Shown: piece after piece, positions 9,347 to 18,675 of the stretch | Position numbering within the stretch: position 1 is the stretch's first letter | How the letters are laid out: every line of letters begins with the position of its first letter | Origin: a virus | Strand: one strand, 5' to 3' | Virus record (IMG/VR): IMGVR_UViG_3300020404_000180 | Span: 1-64,000 of that record | DNA length: 64,000 nucleotides | The notes under the pieces: generated by a model | Told to the model about the DNA's origin: nothing | The model's database searches: none | The model's input: only the letters and a program-made list of their open reading frames with translations | Translations under genes and position numbers: made by a program

Positions 9347-10678
9347 TTAAGTCACCAATCCAAATGGGTTGCTTTCGCTGAAGTCAATAATATCGTCACC
9401 TAATGATTCAAAGGTTACGCTCTCTGAATATTTAGGGTCAGCAGTTGCCATTTCATTTTTGTTATCCAATACTATGGTTGCTCCTGACGTTGCTCCCATA
9501 ATCAATTCACCGACAACGAATGAACCTGTAGGAGATTTGAGTTTGACAAATCCCTCTTGAGCGTTCCACTCAACTAACTGTGCAGTGTGTCCAGTAGTTC
9601 CACCAGTAACCTGTTCTGGAACTTGGAATGCACCAGTTAATCCTGCTGGTGCAGGAGTAAATGCAATTGTTGCACTTGTATATCCACTACCAGCGTTAGT
9701 AATATCTATAAGTTTTACACTCTTATACCCACTACCACCTGATAAAATGTTAATTGCAGTCAATACTCCATTAGTAAATGTAGGCACTAATGTTGCTGCT
9801 ATACCACCCGCATCAGGTGCAGTTACATTGAGCACTGCCCTGTCCTCATCATAGTTCTCACCACCGTCTACTATGTTGACGGAACGTATCTGTCCATCTT
9901 TAACAACGCTTCTTATGACTGCAGACTTAGTAGGAGAACCACCACTGACAGTTATGTTTGCCATGAATGCTTCTGCTGCTGCATCTTGTCCATCACCTGT
10001 GATAGTAATAAGAGGAGTCTCGTTGTAACTACTACCATTATCAGTAATAAAGATGTTAGTTAACTCACCACCAGTCAACACTGAGGTTCCAGTTGCTGTT
10101 GTACCAGCAGTTGTAAGATAGAAATGTTTGACAGTATAACCGTAATCTACTATCTCCTCGTCATTATCAAATACATCACCTTGCTCGTCACTGTATTCAA
10201 ATAGTTCTGCCTTGAGTTTATATACGTAACCTTTACCTAACTGATAGAATGGTTCTTCATGCTCTACAAATTTTATCTCAAAGTAATTACTTGTTAATGG
10301 TAAGAATATTAGGTCTCCTTCTTGTGGTCTTTCTGGTGCCTGATAATCTTTATCAACTAAAAGGAACTGTGATATAAGGTCAGTAAATCTCTGTTGAGAA
10401 ACTATCATAGTTATCTCATCAGTTTGTGCTACACCAAACTTTGTAAGTAAATCTCCACCACCTTGGAAACCATCAAAGTTTTCCATGTATGCTTCGATTA
10501 GATATGAGTCATTAAACTCACCTATAACTTCCTCATTAAACACACCATCTTTTTCCATTATCTCTCTAGGACAATAGAGTATATCCATACCAAACATTTT
10601 GATATATTCTTCTACTAGGTTCTGTTGTAGAAACTGTTCGTTCCTAGTACCGTGTGTGAAATAAGTGGTTCTTGGCAT
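9347..10678 (-). CDS. gp14: Neck protein with internal beta-repeat insertion
   Basis: IEAYMENFDGF, LLTKFG, RPQEGDLIFLP, FEIKFVEHEEPFYQLG, ELFEYSDE; ends IDFSESNPFG. Confidence 0.95.
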   Translation of the reverse strand: MPRTTYFTHGTRNEQFLQQNLVEEYIKMFGMDILYCPREIMEKDGVFNEEVIGEFNDSYLIEAYMENFDGFQGGGDLLTKFGVAQTDEITMIVSQQRFTDLISQFLLVDKDYQAPERPQEGDLIFLPLTSNYFEIKFVEHEEPFYQLGKGYVYKLKAELFEYSDEQGDVFDNDEEIVDYGYTVKHFYLTTAGTTATGTSVLTGGELTNIFITDNGSSYNETPLITITGDGQDAAAEAFMANITVSGGSPTKSAVIRSVVKDGQIRSVNIVDGGENYDEDRAVLNVTAPDAGGIAATLVPTFTNGVLTAINILSGGSGYKSVKLIDITNAGSGYTSATIAFTPAPAGLTGAFQVPEQVTGGTTGHTAQLVEWNAQEGFVKLKSPTGSFVVGELIMGATSGATIVLDNKNEMATADPKYSESVTFESLGDDIIDFSESNPFGLVT

Positions 10679-11493
10679 TATCCGATCATGTCTAGTGGTG
10701 GTGTCTCATACTGTGTAAGCATTTCGGTTTCTAATTTCTCGACTGCTTCTTTGCCTTCATTATAAATGAACTCTCCGTTCATAGTAATTCCACCTGGCAA
10801 CTGTGCTCCTTGGAACTTAATTAAGTTTGCACCCCATTGTCTTTTTATCAATGCGGTTACATATCTCTTTAACCAAATGTCATTGTATACATCGGTAAAT
10901 GAGTTAGGGTCTATTGCACGATAACATTCTAGAACTAGGAAGTCATCTTCGTTTACATCAGTTTTAAAATCTAAGTCAAGATATAATCTGTCACCACGCA
11001 TCTGATACCTAATTTGTTTTTGTCCTTCCAAGAGATAGTAGATGTCTTCTAATCTCCTGTTGACCATTTCATAAGTAAGAATTTCTGTTTGAGTTAAATC
11101 CCAAAGGTCGTTAAGACGCCACTGATAACGTACGTCAAATAAGTTTGTGACATTCTTAGATACGAAATCAAATACCTTAATCACAGTTGTGACGTATGGT
11201 GGCATTTTGATAAAATTATTTTGTTCTTTAAATGTGATAGTTTGGTTAGATGATGTTCCGTTTGCAACAGTAGTATCAGTATCTGTTGTCATATCATCTA
11301 GCATCAACTGAGTATACTTAACTTTTAGATGGGTTCTAATGTATCCATCCATATGTCTTTCATTATAAAATTGAACAGCATCATCTACCAGATCACTTAT
11401 CTGATCATCTTCAATGTTTATTTCTAGGACAGGTGCACCGTTTTGACGTAATGCGTAATCTATAAGTCCCTGTCTGCTTGATGGAATTGCCAT
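10678..11493 (-). CDS. gp13: Neck protein
   Basis: LIDYALRQNGAPVLEINI, WLKRYVTALIKRQWGANLIKF, LPGGITMNG. Confidence 0.96.
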   Translation of the reverse strand: MAIPSSRQGLIDYALRQNGAPVLEINIEDDQISDLVDDAVQFYNERHMDGYIRTHLKVKYTQLMLDDMTTDTDTTVANGTSSNQTITFKEQNNFIKMPPYVTTVIKVFDFVSKNVTNLFDVRYQWRLNDLWDLTQTEILTYEMVNRRLEDIYYLLEGQKQIRYQMRGDRLYLDLDFKTDVNEDDFLVLECYRAIDPNSFTDVYNDIWLKRYVTALIKRQWGANLIKFQGAQLPGGITMNGEFIYNEGKEAVEKLETEMLTQYETPPLDMIG

Positions 11494-11494
11494 G

Positions 11495-14400
11495 TTAGGT
11501 AGGGTTGATGTTAAATCTTATTCTTACATAATATGTAGTGTTAGCACTTAGGTTAACAGCACCAGGCAAAGTATAAGATAATAGGTTTGTTGAGTTACCA
11601 AGAGATTGGTGAACAATAGTTGCAAAGGTATTGGTAGGTGAGAACTGCCAATCACTAGATGAGTGAGTGTATCCAGTCTTCATTGCAATAGCATTTACAT
11701 TGATGGTTGGATTAAATGCTGGTGTAATTGTTTGTATGTCTGGTTGGTCAACTAGAGGTGTAGTAAAGTTGACTGCAGATGAGAATGCACTTTCCAATCC
11801 AGCGTTATCTCTAAACTTGACCTGTACAGAATATGCAGTATCAAAATCTAGTGTGCCACTAGGGACTGTTAGTGATGTTAAGTTACCAGTATCACCATTA
11901 GTAAATGTGTCTGCAGTATTGAATACTGTGACGTTATCACTAACTCTTCTTATTCTCCAGAAACTAGAGAAGTGTACAGAACCAGAATACTCAACAACAT
12001 ATGCTGCTGTGTTTATAACTGGTTGTCTGGAGAATGTTTTGCTTGTATCACTGTCTATAACTGGTGTTATAGATGCTGGTGCAGATACAAACTCTGACTC
12101 ATTAACTGTCAGTGTTGCTGCATTAGATGTAACTGTTGTAGCATTTGGATTTGTTAGAACACATCTGAATTGCTCAGATGGAGTTGTTGGATAAACTGTA
12201 GCAGGAGTTGTATATGATGCTGAGTTTGCACCATTGATATTACTCCAGTTAGCACCACTGTCAACAGACTTCTGCCATTGGTATGTAATTACATCACTTG
12301 TTATAGATGCAACAATAGTAAAGGTTGCTTGGTTACCTTCAATAACTCCTTGGTTCTGTGGTTGTGTACCTATTGTAATCACACGTAAGATTGACAATAA
12401 AGCAAACGTTGATGTCACACTTGAGGATGCACCTACTAGAGATACCTCACAAACATATCTGTCAGCATTATCTGCAGCAAATGTAAGTGTTGGTGTTGTA
12501 TAAGAACTACTATTTGCACCCGTAACATCGACGTAATTGTTACCACCATCGTCTGATCTCTTCCACTGGTATGTTGGAGTTCCGCTACTACCAGTAGCAC
12601 TAACAGAGAATGCTGCAGTACCACCTTCGTTAGCAGTTGCGTTTGCGGGTTGAGATGTTATTGATAATGTCCTTTGTACATTGAGAGTTGCAGCATTTGT
12701 TGTTGCGTTTGATGCAGCACCAGTCGCTGCAATAATACAACGATATTGGTCAAGATGATCGTCTGCGTAAGTTGTAGCAGCAGTGGTATATGATGCAGAA
12801 GTTGCACCACCAAGTGTGCTCCATACAACATCACCAACTGTGATTGCGTTACCCATATATTGATGTGCTTGGCAAGCATAGTAAAGCGTGGAAGGTGCAC
12901 TTGCATCTACTGTAATACTTACACGACGTTGTGTAGCGGTAGCAAAACCAGTATCATATGCAGTGTAACTTACATCAACTCCGTCTAGTGTGTAGGTTAC
13001 GCCTGTTTCATATCGGTCACTACCAGCGTATGCTGTTTCTACAGCACTGAAATATATTGCGTGTGTTGTAACTGATGCATCGTCTTGATTGAATACGTAA
13101 GTTGCACCTTTTACAAACTGCAAGTTAGGTGCTTGTGTTACTGTGTCGTAAACACCACCAATAATATAATATCCTTTTCCAGATCCTTGATTGTAGTAAG
13201 GATGACTTGCTGTCTTAGCAGCGACAGTTACAGTATAAGTTGTTGGTGTAGTAACATCATGGGCGTTATCTGACTTTTCCCATTGATAAGTTACACTAGG
13301 TTCGTGCTGTGATTGTCCTTCAGCACCACCACCTCCACCAGTCGGTGTGTCAAATTGCTCAACATCAAATGATGACGATGCAGCGTTACCACCTACAGGT
13401 GCCATTGTCACACCACCGAGTGTAGTAAACGTAGCAGTATTACCTTCAGTAACTGTAGAACCTGTTGGTTGAGTAGATACAATTACCGTTACTGTTTCTA
13501 CTTGTAATGTAGCAGCATTACTAGGTATAGTTGTTGCACCATTAGCAGCGAGCAAACAACGATATTGGTATTCATCGTATGCTTGAGTTAGTGTAGGCGT
13601 TGTATAAGTTGCACTTGTACCACCAGTTCCTTCTGATACATTAGACCATGACGCACCAGCAGTAAGAGATACTTGCCATTGGAATGTAATATCTCCTGCA
13701 TCATTATCAGATGTATTTGCAGCAACACCAAATGAAACTGTACCACCCACAGCACCTGTAACGTTTGATGGTTGTGAGGTTATACTAATTGTACGTTGTA
13801 CTAAGTTACGTGCAGAGGAAGTTATCACCTCTGGTGCACCAGCAACATTTAATTTACATCTGTAGAAGTCACCATAGTCATTATCGTATGATGTACTTCC
13901 TGTAGTGTATGTTGTGCTTGTTGCTCCTCCAATATCTGCAAAGGTTACGCCATCACCATTTTGTGATATCTGCCATTGGTATGACAGGGTTGCTGCGTCT
14001 TTTGTAGAACCAGCACAAGTAAATGCAGCAGCTGCTGGTGCCACGGGTTGTTGATTTGTTGGTTGTGTGTCAACTGTAATAACACGTGTTACTGTTAATG
14101 TAGCAGCAGTAGTTGTGCCAGGTGCAATAGCAGTTGCAGAGGTTACCTGACAACGATATTGATAATTGTTTAGTGAGTATTCATCATCTACACTTAATGT
14201 GTTTGTGGTAGCACCACTATAGAATCCACCATTAGTTACGTTAGACCAACCTACACCACCGTTGCTTGAGAACTCCCATTGGTATAGTAGGGTAGAACCA
14301 TCTGAACTAGTTGCAGATACAGGACCGAAGACAGCGTTGATGTTTGCTCCTGCCTCAACAGATGTAGAATTTGGGTTTCCAGTAATTGTAATTAGAACAC

Positions 14401-17400
14401 CAGTTCCTGTTGTAGTAAAACTATATGCTCTAGCATTTTGAGTTACGTTCTCAGTTACTGTAAAATTAAATGTTGTGTCAAGATAATCAGATGTTACTGT
14501 GCCTGATAGTTGACCAGTTGCAGTATTGAATGTCAATCCTGATGCACCAATAGCATCTCCACTTAATGTGTATTGTTCAAACGTAGGTTCGTTAGCAAAT
14601 GTTGTACCAGCAAGACCGAGTTCTACAGTTATGTTTGCTCCATCTGCATATGGACTACCGTTAAGTGCACCTGTGCTAGTTGTCCATGTTACGTTTGTAT
14701 CGACATAAGGGAAAAATGCACCACGTTTTTTAGTCAGTGTACCACCAGTGCCATTGTAATCAAAGTCTACACCTGAGTCTACTGGATAGTATACGACATT
14801 TGTATATTGACCTGTGCCCTGTGCTTCTTGTGTATCGGTCTGGGATCTTAAAGTTGTCGATGTAGATACAACACCATCTATACTTTCATGTGTTTTTGAC
14901 TCAGGATCTATGAGTGCAAGATAGTTATTAGACCCACCACCTGTAGTTCCAGCAGTAGCATTACTTGTGTTCTGTACAGTAATTGTATTATTGATTGCAC
15001 TCTCTGCCTGTATTGTCAACCAACCAGACTGTGATAAACCAGATACATCTATACCGCCAACCACTACACCACCACTACCGCCAGGTGCAGTTTGTACAGT
15101 TATAGATCCTATCATTCCAGAGTGAACACCACACTGATAGTAATATGTTCCTGCAGTATTAGGTGTCCATGATACTGTTGAGTTACCTGTGGATCCTTGT
15201 CCTGATGCAGAAGGAGTGCTTACGTTAGCACCATTGCTAGACACTCTGATATAAAACGGGTGTATACCAGATACGTTTGATAAATTAAAGTTTATTGTAT
15301 CACCGACATAAACAGTCACGCCTACATCATTACCACTAACAGCACCATTTCTATCAGTTCCGTTAAGAGTGTAGTATCCTGATGATGGTGCAGTTGTTGT
15401 TATATTAAATGTTGTTGGTGTAGAACCTCCTGCACCAGCAGTAGATCCTGTTGTTCTTAACTGACATTTCTTACCTACATTTCCTAGGAAATGAGAAGCA
15501 TCAGCAGGGTTAAATTTTACAATTAAGAAATTAGAACCAGCAGCAGTCTCATATGGATTGTCTATTAGTTTTCTATCTTCAATACTATTTGTTGGGTAGA
15601 ATGTGCTACCACCTTTTCTGATATCTCCTACATCGTTTGGAGTTCTACAGAAAGTTTTAAATGTGCCTGTAAGATTATTTGTTGTTAACGTGTAACCATT
15701 TGCACCACACCATGCAAGAGCAACACCAGCAACTAAAGGTGCAGCGAAGGATGTACCACCTATAGTTGTATAGTTTGATGCACTAGTTGTAGGAGTGTTA
15801 GCAGTCCAATCGTATGCAGGAACTAGGATCCTTGCACCTGGTGCAGTAGTTGTTGTACCAGCACCATAGTTTGAGAAGTCCGCCCATCTATCGTTATATT
15901 CTGTAGCACCGACTGATACCTTGTTCTGGTTTGCGTCAACTGTGTTGATACCACCATTAGTATTATCTGCATAACCAGCAGTTCTTGTACCAGAAATACA
16001 TTTACCTTGTATAGGACCTGCGAAAGCATCACTACTGTTCTTAAATCCATTACCAGCAGAGCGAACAATAATGATATTATATGTGCTTGCAATCGTTCCT
16101 TCGATGTCGTCTAGTATCTCTTCGTCAGTTCCTGAGTCACTACCAGCATCATTTAGTTCAATGTATGGATAGTTTGCATTAGGAATCGTAGGTCCGAATG
16201 ATGCATTGATGACAGCAGGCCGAGTGTTTCCTTTGTAATTTCCGTTTCCACTGTCGTTATGGTCTATAACTGCCTGATATGCTGCCAGTATATTAGTATA
16301 AGATGCACTTAAGTTACTATCAAATGCCTTTAATGCATATATCTTTGCTCTTCTAGCAATACCCGCCCCTCTACCAGCCGCGAGAATTGCACAGTGTGTT
16401 CCATGTCCATTGTCATCTTCGTTGTTAGAACCATGTGCACCAGCATAGTGACCGAGTTGATAAACCCTATAGTTCTGTTGTTCTGTAGTACCGTTTAGGT
16501 CAGAGACATATGAAGGATCATATAACTCAGAGTGAAGAGCAGCGTTGTTACCAGTCGGCCTAGAAGCACCACGAACACCAGTATCAATCACATATAAGTC
16601 TGCTGCGTTACCATCTTGGTTGTAACTAAATTGTCTGTTAAGGTATTGTCTGTCTTGTTTTGTAATTCTGTCTAGATGCCAGTAGTCATGTACGTTTATG
16701 GTACCAAATCTATTTGCATGTAGATTGTCATAGCGTCCCATACCACTGTGATTGATGCAATAGTAGTAGAGGATAGATGGTGTGCTAGAGCTGATTGTTA
16801 TTGCTACGGAAGCTCCTGCTTGTCCTGCAGTTCCTGTAACTACAACACCATTGCTATACGTAGTTCCACCAGTAGTCCAAGGTCCGTCAGGAGTCTCAGA
16901 GAACCTCATACCATGAGTAGCATTAGAAGAGTCACTCTGGTCAAAGGTGTATGTTGCACCCTGTAAGAAACCTGTCTGGTTTGCAAATTGTGAATATACT
17001 CCGTTCTGTGTCTGTGAAAAAAGATATAGATTGTTTCCGTTAATGTTCTGAACTTTTACATATATTGTACCTGATCCAGCACCTGTAAGTTGTCTAGTGT
17101 TGCCAACTGTGTTAGTCTCTCCAGTTTCATTCAACACTGCTGTACCACTAGTCTCAGCTGTCAACTGTGACTCGTAGACAGGGTTAAGTTGAAATGCATT
17201 AGCATCCCATGTCGCCTTCTTAACTACGTTCAATGCACGTAGTTGGTCTATTATTACACTGGTATATCTCTCAGGACAATCAAATGTTATGATTGAGAAA
17301 GTTCTAAATGATTCTACAAAGGTAAGGTAACCATACAATTTCAAGATTGCTGCAGCAGCAGAATCCAAACTATAGTTATCGCTGACCCTTACTACTACCC

Positions 17401-17407
17401 TCTTCAT
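11495..17407 (-). CDS. Giant subtilisin-like (S8) serine protease with propeptide-like N-terminus, three cupredoxin-like inserts, about 7 Ig-like repeats and FN3-like C-terminus
   Basis: Catalytic D (YVIDTG, 16583-85), H (NGHGTHCA, 16403-05), oxyanion N (SAGN), S (GGTSFAAPLVAG, 15749-51); repeats of ITxQP...TYQWQxS...YRC. Confidence 0.9.
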   Translation of the reverse strand: MKRVVVRVSDNYSLDSAAAAILKLYGYLTFVESFRTFSIITFDCPERYTSVIIDQLRALNVVKKATWDANAFQLNPVYESQLTAETSGTAVLNETGETNTVGNTRQLTGAGSGTIYVKVQNINGNNLYLFSQTQNGVYSQFANQTGFLQGATYTFDQSDSSNATHGMRFSETPDGPWTTGGTTYSNGVVVTGTAGQAGASVAITISSSTPSILYYYCINHSGMGRYDNLHANRFGTINVHDYWHLDRITKQDRQYLNRQFSYNQDGNAADLYVIDTGVRGASRPTGNNAALHSELYDPSYVSDLNGTTEQQNYRVYQLGHYAGAHGSNNEDDNGHGTHCAILAAGRGAGIARRAKIYALKAFDSNLSASYTNILAAYQAVIDHNDSGNGNYKGNTRPAVINASFGPTIPNANYPYIELNDAGSDSGTDEEILDDIEGTIASTYNIIIVRSAGNGFKNSSDAFAGPIQGKCISGTRTAGYADNTNGGINTVDANQNKVSVGATEYNDRWADFSNYGAGTTTTAPGARILVPAYDWTANTPTTSASNYTTIGGTSFAAPLVAGVALAWCGANGYTLTTNNLTGTFKTFCRTPNDVGDIRKGGSTFYPTNSIEDRKLIDNPYETAAGSNFLIVKFNPADASHFLGNVGKKCQLRTTGSTAGAGGSTPTTFNITTTAPSSGYYTLNGTDRNGAVSGNDVGVTVYVGDTINFNLSNVSGIHPFYIRVSSNGANVSTPSASGQGSTGNSTVSWTPNTAGTYYYQCGVHSGMIGSITVQTAPGGSGGVVVGGIDVSGLSQSGWLTIQAESAINNTITVQNTSNATAGTTGGGSNNYLALIDPESKTHESIDGVVSTSTTLRSQTDTQEAQGTGQYTNVVYYPVDSGVDFDYNGTGGTLTKKRGAFFPYVDTNVTWTTSTGALNGSPYADGANITVELGLAGTTFANEPTFEQYTLSGDAIGASGLTFNTATGQLSGTVTSDYLDTTFNFTVTENVTQNARAYSFTTTGTGVLITITGNPNSTSVEAGANINAVFGPVSATSSDGSTLLYQWEFSSNGGVGWSNVTNGGFYSGATTNTLSVDDEYSLNNYQYRCQVTSATAIAPGTTTAATLTVTRVITVDTQPTNQQPVAPAAAAFTCAGSTKDAATLSYQWQISQNGDGVTFADIGGATSTTYTTGSTSYDNDYGDFYRCKLNVAGAPEVITSSARNLVQRTISITSQPSNVTGAVGGTVSFGVAANTSDNDAGDITFQWQVSLTAGASWSNVSEGTGGTSATYTTPTLTQAYDEYQYRCLLAANGATTIPSNAATLQVETVTVIVSTQPTGSTVTEGNTATFTTLGGVTMAPVGGNAASSSFDVEQFDTPTGGGGGAEGQSQHEPSVTYQWEKSDNAHDVTTPTTYTVTVAAKTASHPYYNQGSGKGYYIIGGVYDTVTQAPNLQFVKGATYVFNQDDASVTTHAIYFSAVETAYAGSDRYETGVTYTLDGVDVSYTAYDTGFATATQRRVSITVDASAPSTLYYACQAHQYMGNAITVGDVVWSTLGGATSASYTTAATTYADDHLDQYRCIIAATGAASNATTNAATLNVQRTLSITSQPANATANEGGTAAFSVSATGSSGTPTYQWKRSDDGGNNYVDVTGANSSSYTTPTLTFAADNADRYVCEVSLVGASSSVTSTFALLSILRVITIGTQPQNQGVIEGNQATFTIVASITSDVITYQWQKSVDSGANWSNINGANSASYTTPATVYPTTPSEQFRCVLTNPNATTVTSNAATLTVNESEFVSAPASITPVIDSDTSKTFSRQPVINTAAYVVEYSGSVHFSSFWRIRRVSDNVTVFNTADTFTNGDTGNLTSLTVPSGTLDFDTAYSVQVKFRDNAGLESAFSSAVNFTTPLVDQPDIQTITPAFNPTINVNAIAMKTGYTHSSSDWQFSPTNTFATIVHQSLGNSTNLLSYTLPGAVNLSANTTYYVRIRFNINPT
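12838..13243 (-). repeat. Dispersed repeat copy A (cupredoxin-like domain); partner at 61165-61580
   Basis: Shared blocks such as tctagtgtgtaggttacg, gcaccttttacaaa and tgcttggcaagcatagta(a/g)agcgtg. Confidence 0.85.
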
Positions 17408-17435
17408 TCTGCTGGTACAATAAGTCCTTCAGATA

Positions 17436-17443
17436 TATTTATG
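17436..17443 (-). promoter_or_regulatory. Late promoter box CATAAATA upstream of the S8 protease gene, overlapping the upstream stop
   Basis: + strand tatttatg, about 30 nt before ATG 17407. Confidence 0.65.
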
Positions 17444-17786
17444 CACTACTGTCGTTCGCCTTTGCTAATAGTTTCTTAACCTCTTCTTCATTAGGAGGTG
17501 TAAACATCCTTTCAACTGGTTTGCAGAATTTTATATCATGCTTCTCATCAAACTCAAACTTGGTTCTGAGATGTGTTTTATCTCTCTCTACTATTAAATG
17601 ATAATACTTTCCATAGACATTCTCAGAGAATCCTATAGAGATAATCTCTCTACCATTATAGGATTCTCCTACTTTGTATGGACAAGTTTCCATTGTGCCA
17701 TCGAATAGTACGTGAAATTTCCTAGAGTTTACGTGCTCTAGTTTTCTCGCATCACTCGACGGGAACGACTTCCTTAGTGGACTCAT
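17439..17786 (-). CDS. Hypothetical cyanophage-type protein (start uncertain; ATG 17693 is an alternative)
   Basis: Open frame filling the gap; FDGTMETCPY...IISIGFSENVYGKYYH...HLRTKFEFD. Confidence 0.65.
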   Translation of the reverse strand: MSPLRKSFPSSDARKLEHVNSRKFHVLFDGTMETCPYKVGESYNGREIISIGFSENVYGKYYHLIVERDKTHLRTKFEFDEKHDIKFCKPVERMFTPPNEEEVKKLLAKANDSSA

Positions 17787-17940
17787 CTTCTTTTAATGTC
17801 ATTTGTAGTGCTTCGACTGCACCTTCTAGTCTTAGAACTTGCTCTTTACGAGTTGCAAGTTGCTTTTCAAGTTCAACGATTGTTGCTTTTTGCTCTTTCA
17901 GTTGATTGGTGAAATCTTTCACCATTGTTTCAGCGTCCAT
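17752..17940 (-). CDS. Small coiled-coil hypothetical protein
   Basis: Heptad pattern QLKEQKATIVELEKQLATRKEQVLRLEGAVEAL; upstream CTAAATA. Confidence 0.75.
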   Translation of the reverse strand: MDAETMVKDFTNQLKEQKATIVELEKQLATRKEQVLRLEGAVEALQMTLKEDESTKEVVPVE

Positions 17941-17961
17941 GCTTTAAAATGATAAGTGTAC

Positions 17962-17968
17962 TATTTAG
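17962..17968 (-). promoter_or_regulatory. Late promoter box CTAAATA overlapping the oxygenase stop codon
   Basis: + strand tatttag, about 20 nt upstream of ATG 17940. Confidence 0.55.
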
Positions 17969-18675
17969 GATAAGAATGCATTGAATGTCAGGCGGTTTGT
18001 CTCCCAACCTTCTTGTTTAAAGAAAGGCGAATGCCATAACCTACCTTCATAAATCAATAGACTATTGAACTCATGTGGTTCGGTATGATACCTTTCCCAA
18101 TGCTTTGTTTTATACTTAGAGGGGTCGAAGTTGACCATGGCATTTGTTTTACTGACAATTCTATCGACTCTATAGTTTTTATCAGAGGATATAAACTCCT
18201 CATCATACTCAGCATGTCTCCAGAATGCAGTGCCATTTTCAGCATCCTCCATCTCTTCGTCATAATTTAATGATAACACTGCAGCGTAGTGAGTGTCATC
18301 TGTATGTGGTGTAAGACTACACATTCTACAGTTCTCATGCACCTGATACATTTGGAATGTAAAGTGAGAGTCCTGTGGATTCTTCATACATTGTTTACTA
18401 CACTCAAAGTAGTTAGATAATAAAAATCTAAACTGAGGTAGTAATTGGTTTGCCACATGACCTAGTTTGGACACGTAGCCAGGCAAATTAGAAAACTCAC
18501 CGTTTACAGTAGACACATAGTCTGCCGATTGAGCATATGCTCTAACCTCCTCTGGGTTAACAAAGAAATTTTTTACTTTGATAACTCTGTTTTTCGCTTT
18601 GCCTATATGCAGTTGTTCGACCTCCCAATCTTTCGGATGGAGAGATTCTAATATTTGAGGATTAATAAGTTTCAT
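17965..18675 (-). CDS. 2OG-Fe(II) oxygenase superfamily protein (DUF6445-like)
   Basis: HxD (LTPHTDD), AAVLSLN, GTAFWRH, FNSLLIYEGRLWHS (distal His), RLTFNAF (2OG-binding Arg); probable start ATG 18675 (MKLINP), track gives 18717. Confidence 0.85.
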   Translation of the reverse strand: MKLINPQILESLHPKDWEVEQLHIGKAKNRVIKVKNFFVNPEEVRAYAQSADYVSTVNGEFSNLPGYVSKLGHVANQLLPQFRFLLSNYFECSKQCMKNPQDSHFTFQMYQVHENCRMCSLTPHTDDTHYAAVLSLNYDEEMEDAENGTAFWRHAEYDEEFISSDKNYRVDRIVSKTNAMVNFDPSKYKTKHWERYHTEPHEFNSLLIYEGRLWHSPFFKQEGWETNRLTFNAFLS

